A DNA stretch of 63,641 nucleotides, filler included. It is 5 parts of 5 records of this genome, joined end to end, with 100 filler letters (N's around TTAATTAATTAA, not from the genome) between each part and the next. Parts side by side here need not be neighbours in the genome. Positions count along the whole stretch, not along the records: positions 52,832 to 63,641 come from SRR31156797_800; 4 more parts are not named here. One strand, written 5' to 3'. Position numbers and translations under genes: made by a program. The notes beneath the pieces were generated by a model. The model was not told the DNA's origin, did not search any database, and saw nothing but the letters and a program-made list of their open reading frames with translations. This document shows, piece after piece, positions 60,570 to 63,641 of this stretch (positions are counted from its first letter, which is position 1; each line of letters opens with the position of its first letter).

Positions 60570-61868
60570 CTAAAGATACCCGAAGAGCCGGGGCAACCAA
60601 AGAACGACGCCCGGCATGCAGTTCATGACGATGAGGAGCAAGATCATGATGAGCAGAAACGGTAAAACAACCCTGGAAATATAGAGGATGTTTTTGTTGG
60701 CGACCACGGAGGTTACGTAAAGGCACCCCCCCAGGGGCGGGGTACAGTAACCGATCCCCAGATTCACTGTCATCAGCAGACCGAAATGCATGGGATCCAC
60801 ATTGAATATCCCGAGCATGGGCAGCAGGATGGGCCCCAGAATCAAAGTAGCCGAGATGATATCCATAAACATGCCGATCACGAAAAGAAAGGCATTGACC
60901 GCCAAGAGGAACATCCATGGGGATTGGATGTGTTGCACAATTAAGTCGGTTATCTTAGGAGGAATCGACTCCATGGTCAAAAAGCGGCCAAGGCATGTGA
61001 CACCTGCGACAATGATGAGAATCGAACCGGAAGTGATGGCTGAATTGACCACCACCGACTTCACGTCCCGCAGTTTCATATCCCTATGGACAAAGATCTC
61101 CACGATGAATGCGTAGACGCAGGCCACGACCGCGGCCTCATTGGCCGTAAAGACCCCTGAATAGATGCCTCCGAAGATGATCACAGGGAGGCAAAGGGAC
61201 CATACGGATTCCCTGAATATGGCCCACATCTCGCCTTGGCCTATGCTCCTCTTTTTGACAAACCGTCGTCTGGAAATGAAATAGGTGTAAAGGCAGAAGC
61301 CCAGCATGATCATAATTCCCGGCACGAAGCCTGTGAGAAAAAGGCCCTCAAGGGAGACATTGCTGATAAGGGCGTAAAGGATCATGGAAATGCTGGGTGG
61401 AATGACGACCCCCAGCACGGGGGAGGCGGTCATCACCCCGACGCTGTAGGATTCCTCATATCCCTGTTCCAGAAGGGCCGGGATCATGAAACCGCCGATT
61501 GCGACCACCGTGGCCATGGCGGAGCCCGAAATGGCCCCGAAAAGACCGCATGCGATCACCCCCGCCATCCCGAGCCCCCCGGGAATCCAGTCCACAATGG
61601 CCGTGGCGCTTCGAACCAGTTTCTGAACAATTGAGCCGGCGGTCATGATGTTGCCGCAGAGGATGAAAAAGAGAACGACAATAAGGGGAAACTTGTCTAG
61701 GCTTTTGAACAGGGACTGCATCATCATTTCATGGATCACCGGGCCGGGGAGGGGTGAAAATATCAACATGCCGAAGAGACCGCTTAGGAAAACACACAGA
61801 AAGATGGGCATGGTTGTGCCGAGGGCACCAAAAAAGATAAAAAAAATAATCCAGTAATTCTCACCCAT
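60570..61868 (-). CDS. dctM: TRAP transporter large permease
   Basis: FGAISGSAMA, IPPSISMILY, GYCTPP.G. Confidence 0.92.
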   Translation of the reverse strand: MGENYWIIFFIFFGALGTTMPIFLCVFLSGLFGMLIFSPLPGPVIHEMMMQSLFKSLDKFPLIVVLFFILCGNIMTAGSIVQKLVRSATAIVDWIPGGLGMAGVIACGLFGAISGSAMATVVAIGGFMIPALLEQGYEESYSVGVMTASPVLGVVIPPSISMILYALISNVSLEGLFLTGFVPGIMIMLGFCLYTYFISRRRFVKKRSIGQGEMWAIFRESVWSLCLPVIIFGGIYSGVFTANEAAVVACVYAFIVEIFVHRDMKLRDVKSVVVNSAITSGSILIIVAGVTCLGRFLTMESIPPKITDLIVQHIQSPWMFLLAVNAFLFVIGMFMDIISATLILGPILLPMLGIFNVDPMHFGLLMTVNLGIGYCTPPLGGCLYVTSVVANKNILYISRVVLPFLLIMILLLIVMNCMPGVVLWLPRLFGYL

Positions 61869-61883
61869 TTCCCATCCCTCCCC

Positions 61884-62402
61884 TTAATCCTCCACGGCGG
61901 CTTCATGCTTTTTGGCGGCCAAAGATGTCAATAGAGACATCACGGTCCGCAATCCCATGATGACCCCCATGAGGGGAAGCATCATATAGAGCCAAACATA
62001 GGGAATTTCTAAAATCACGGTGGATTGCCCCCTGATGGACATGGCGGCCTTCCACCCAAAGACGGTGATATAGACGCTGAAGCAGAGCAGTGCAAAATCG
62101 CTGAAATAGCCCAAATGAGCCTTGAGGCGGGGGAAAAACGAGGGCAATACATCTATCTTGAGGGTCGCGCCGGTTTTCACCGCGGCCGCAGCCCCTACAA
62201 AGGTCGTGTACTGAATGGTTTCCCTCACGAGTTCCTCCGGCCATGGCAGGCAGTGACTGAAGCAGTACCTCAGGCACACACTCACAAAAAGACCCAAGAG
62301 GGCGGCCATGACCGCAATGAACAGGGTCCACTCCTCAAAGAACGTCAGGATCCTGTCAAGCCTGTAAAGACCTTTCCATACCATGGGGACTTCCTTTCCC
62401 AA
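61884..62402 (-). CDS. dctQ: TRAP transporter small permease
   Basis: LRY.F...L.WPEELVR, four TM helices. Confidence 0.88.
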   Translation of the reverse strand: MGKEVPMVWKGLYRLDRILTFFEEWTLFIAVMAALLGLFVSVCLRYCFSHCLPWPEELVRETIQYTTFVGAAAAVKTGATLKIDVLPSFFPRLKAHLGYFSDFALLCFSVYITVFGWKAAMSIRGQSTVILEIPYVWLYMMLPLMGVIMGLRTVMSLLTSLAAKKHEAAVED

Positions 62403-62474
62403 ACGTTTTCCCGCCCTTCAAAAATCCGAGCACTGCCGGTCCCAAATCAGAAACCCCTAACCCTTTGCGCCCCT

Positions 62475-63557
62475 CTAGTAGGCGAGAAAATCTTGGACCT
62501 CCTTCAGATAGTCCTTTGGCCGGTAGGTATCATTTTTGTAGAGTCTGTTTACTTGGGGTGAATATTTTTTGTGCACCTCATCCCCCTTTTCTTTCAGATA
62601 GGCCATCTCCTTGTCGGATAGCCGGGTAAAGGTGGTATGCATCTTTTCAAGAGCGATCTTTCTCAAGCCCTCAGCCTGTTTGTAATCTTCCTGTCGGTAC
62701 TGCTTGCACACATCGTGAATGGTTTCTTCGAAGATTTTCTGAAGATCCGGGGGCAGCGTCTCAAACCACGCCCTGTTGAACAGCCACACAAAGATTCCCT
62801 GGGAGTAGTATATCTCGGTGAAGGCCGGCGCGGTTTCGAAGTATTTGAACACGACCCCCACAATCATGGTATGGTCCAACCCGTCGATGACACCCTGTTT
62901 GATGCTCGGGACCACATCGGGCCAGGGCATCACAACCGGGCTAAACCCCCACGAACGATAGATCATGTTATGAAGTTTGGATTCGAGTATCCTTATTTTG
63001 GTCTTCCTTGCTTCTTCCAGGGTTCGGACCGGCTTTTTGGTAATCCAGCCGTACCGGCCGTAGGTACTCACATCCATCCCGATAATACCGAGGTGCTCCG
63101 CCCCGGCGAGATAATGTTCAAAGAGCTTCTTGTTGCCGACAAATTTTTCCAGCTTTTCCTGATCATTGACAAGAAATGGCAGATTCACCATCCCGAACCT
63201 GGGTCCCAGGTTCGTCGCCCCTCCGGTGGATGCCGATATGCCCTGAATGGCGCCGATCCTGACCTGATTCAGACATTCCAGTTCCGCTCCCAGAACGGAG
63301 AGGGGGAGGTATTCAAAATAGATGCGGCCGTTTGTTCTTTTCCAGAGCTCATCCCGGATGGCAAATCCGACGGCCACCCCTTTGGACGCCGGCGTGGAAA
63401 GATTGGAGACCTTGATCTTGTATTTCGCCTTGGAAAAATCAAAATTGGGCTTCCATTTGTCCAGTCCGCCGGAAGATGCGGGACCACACAGAAGAAGGCC
63501 TAAAAACAACATGGAAACACTCAGAAAACCGATTCTTTTCATCATCTTCCTCCTCAT
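62475..63557 (-). CDS. dctP: TRAP substrate-binding protein
   Basis: Signal peptide; LG.E, NLPF, KIR, M.W.DV...KQGVIDG. Confidence 0.88.
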   Translation of the reverse strand: MRRKMMKRIGFLSVSMLFLGLLLCGPASSGGLDKWKPNFDFSKAKYKIKVSNLSTPASKGVAVGFAIRDELWKRTNGRIYFEYLPLSVLGAELECLNQVRIGAIQGISASTGGATNLGPRFGMVNLPFLVNDQEKLEKFVGNKKLFEHYLAGAEHLGIIGMDVSTYGRYGWITKKPVRTLEEARKTKIRILESKLHNMIYRSWGFSPVVMPWPDVVPSIKQGVIDGLDHTMIVGVVFKYFETAPAFTEIYYSQGIFVWLFNRAWFETLPPDLQKIFEETIHDVCKQYRQEDYKQAEGLRKIALEKMHTTFTRLSDKEMAYLKEKGDEVHKKYSPQVNRLYKNDTYRPKDYLKEVQDFLAY

Positions 63558-63641
63558 GATTTTGTTTATTGTTCAAATGAAAAAAACATCCTATTTTTCA
63601 ATGCTTCCGTGCACAGTACAGGGGTCTCGATCGGTGATCTC

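Noticed and set aside
18889-63503. Long antisense or alternate-frame ORFs (e.g. 18889-19875, 23537-24373, 38284-39099, 62637-63503)
   Set aside because: They overlap well-supported genes and show no motifs; codon-bias shadows

Overview
This window is not one locus. It is five unrelated contigs joined by artificial 100-nt spacers (N44-TTAATTAATTAA-N44 at 6756-6855, 15583-15682, 30588-30687 and 52732-52831). Taxon guesses below come from gene content only. (1) 1-6755, AT-rich and FCB-like: a T9SS/FlgD-type CTD protein, a duplicated promoter, a candidate NDT/TIR-like-P-loop ATPase defence gene and an N-formylglutamate amidohydrolase. (2) 6856-15582, Desulfobacterota-like: an ABC-F ATPase, modABC, and a coupled DUF559 nuclease / wHTH-like / double-ATPase (AAA+HerA) operon. 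(3) 15683-30587, spirochaete-like: the end of an integrative element (AEP-primase-helicase, tyrosine integrase, tRNA-3'-like att) and a TRAP/kinase/aldolase sugar-acid cluster with two RpiR paralogs and repeated operators. (4) 30688-52731, Bacteroidota-like: a five-gene operon encoding a di-heme b membrane protein, a ferredoxin-NAD(P)H flavoprotein, 20-heme and 40-heme cytochromes c and a beta-barrel protein. This is the best candidate for a cytoplasm-to-surface electron conduit. The contig also has an integrase-less integron-like cassette and menA beside a fused prenol kinase-DUF92 gene. (5) 52832-63641, Desulfobacterota-like: Rieske-like protein, AsmA-like protein, aminotransferase, paaK and a TRAP transporter. 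All calls are from motif reading; no database search was run.
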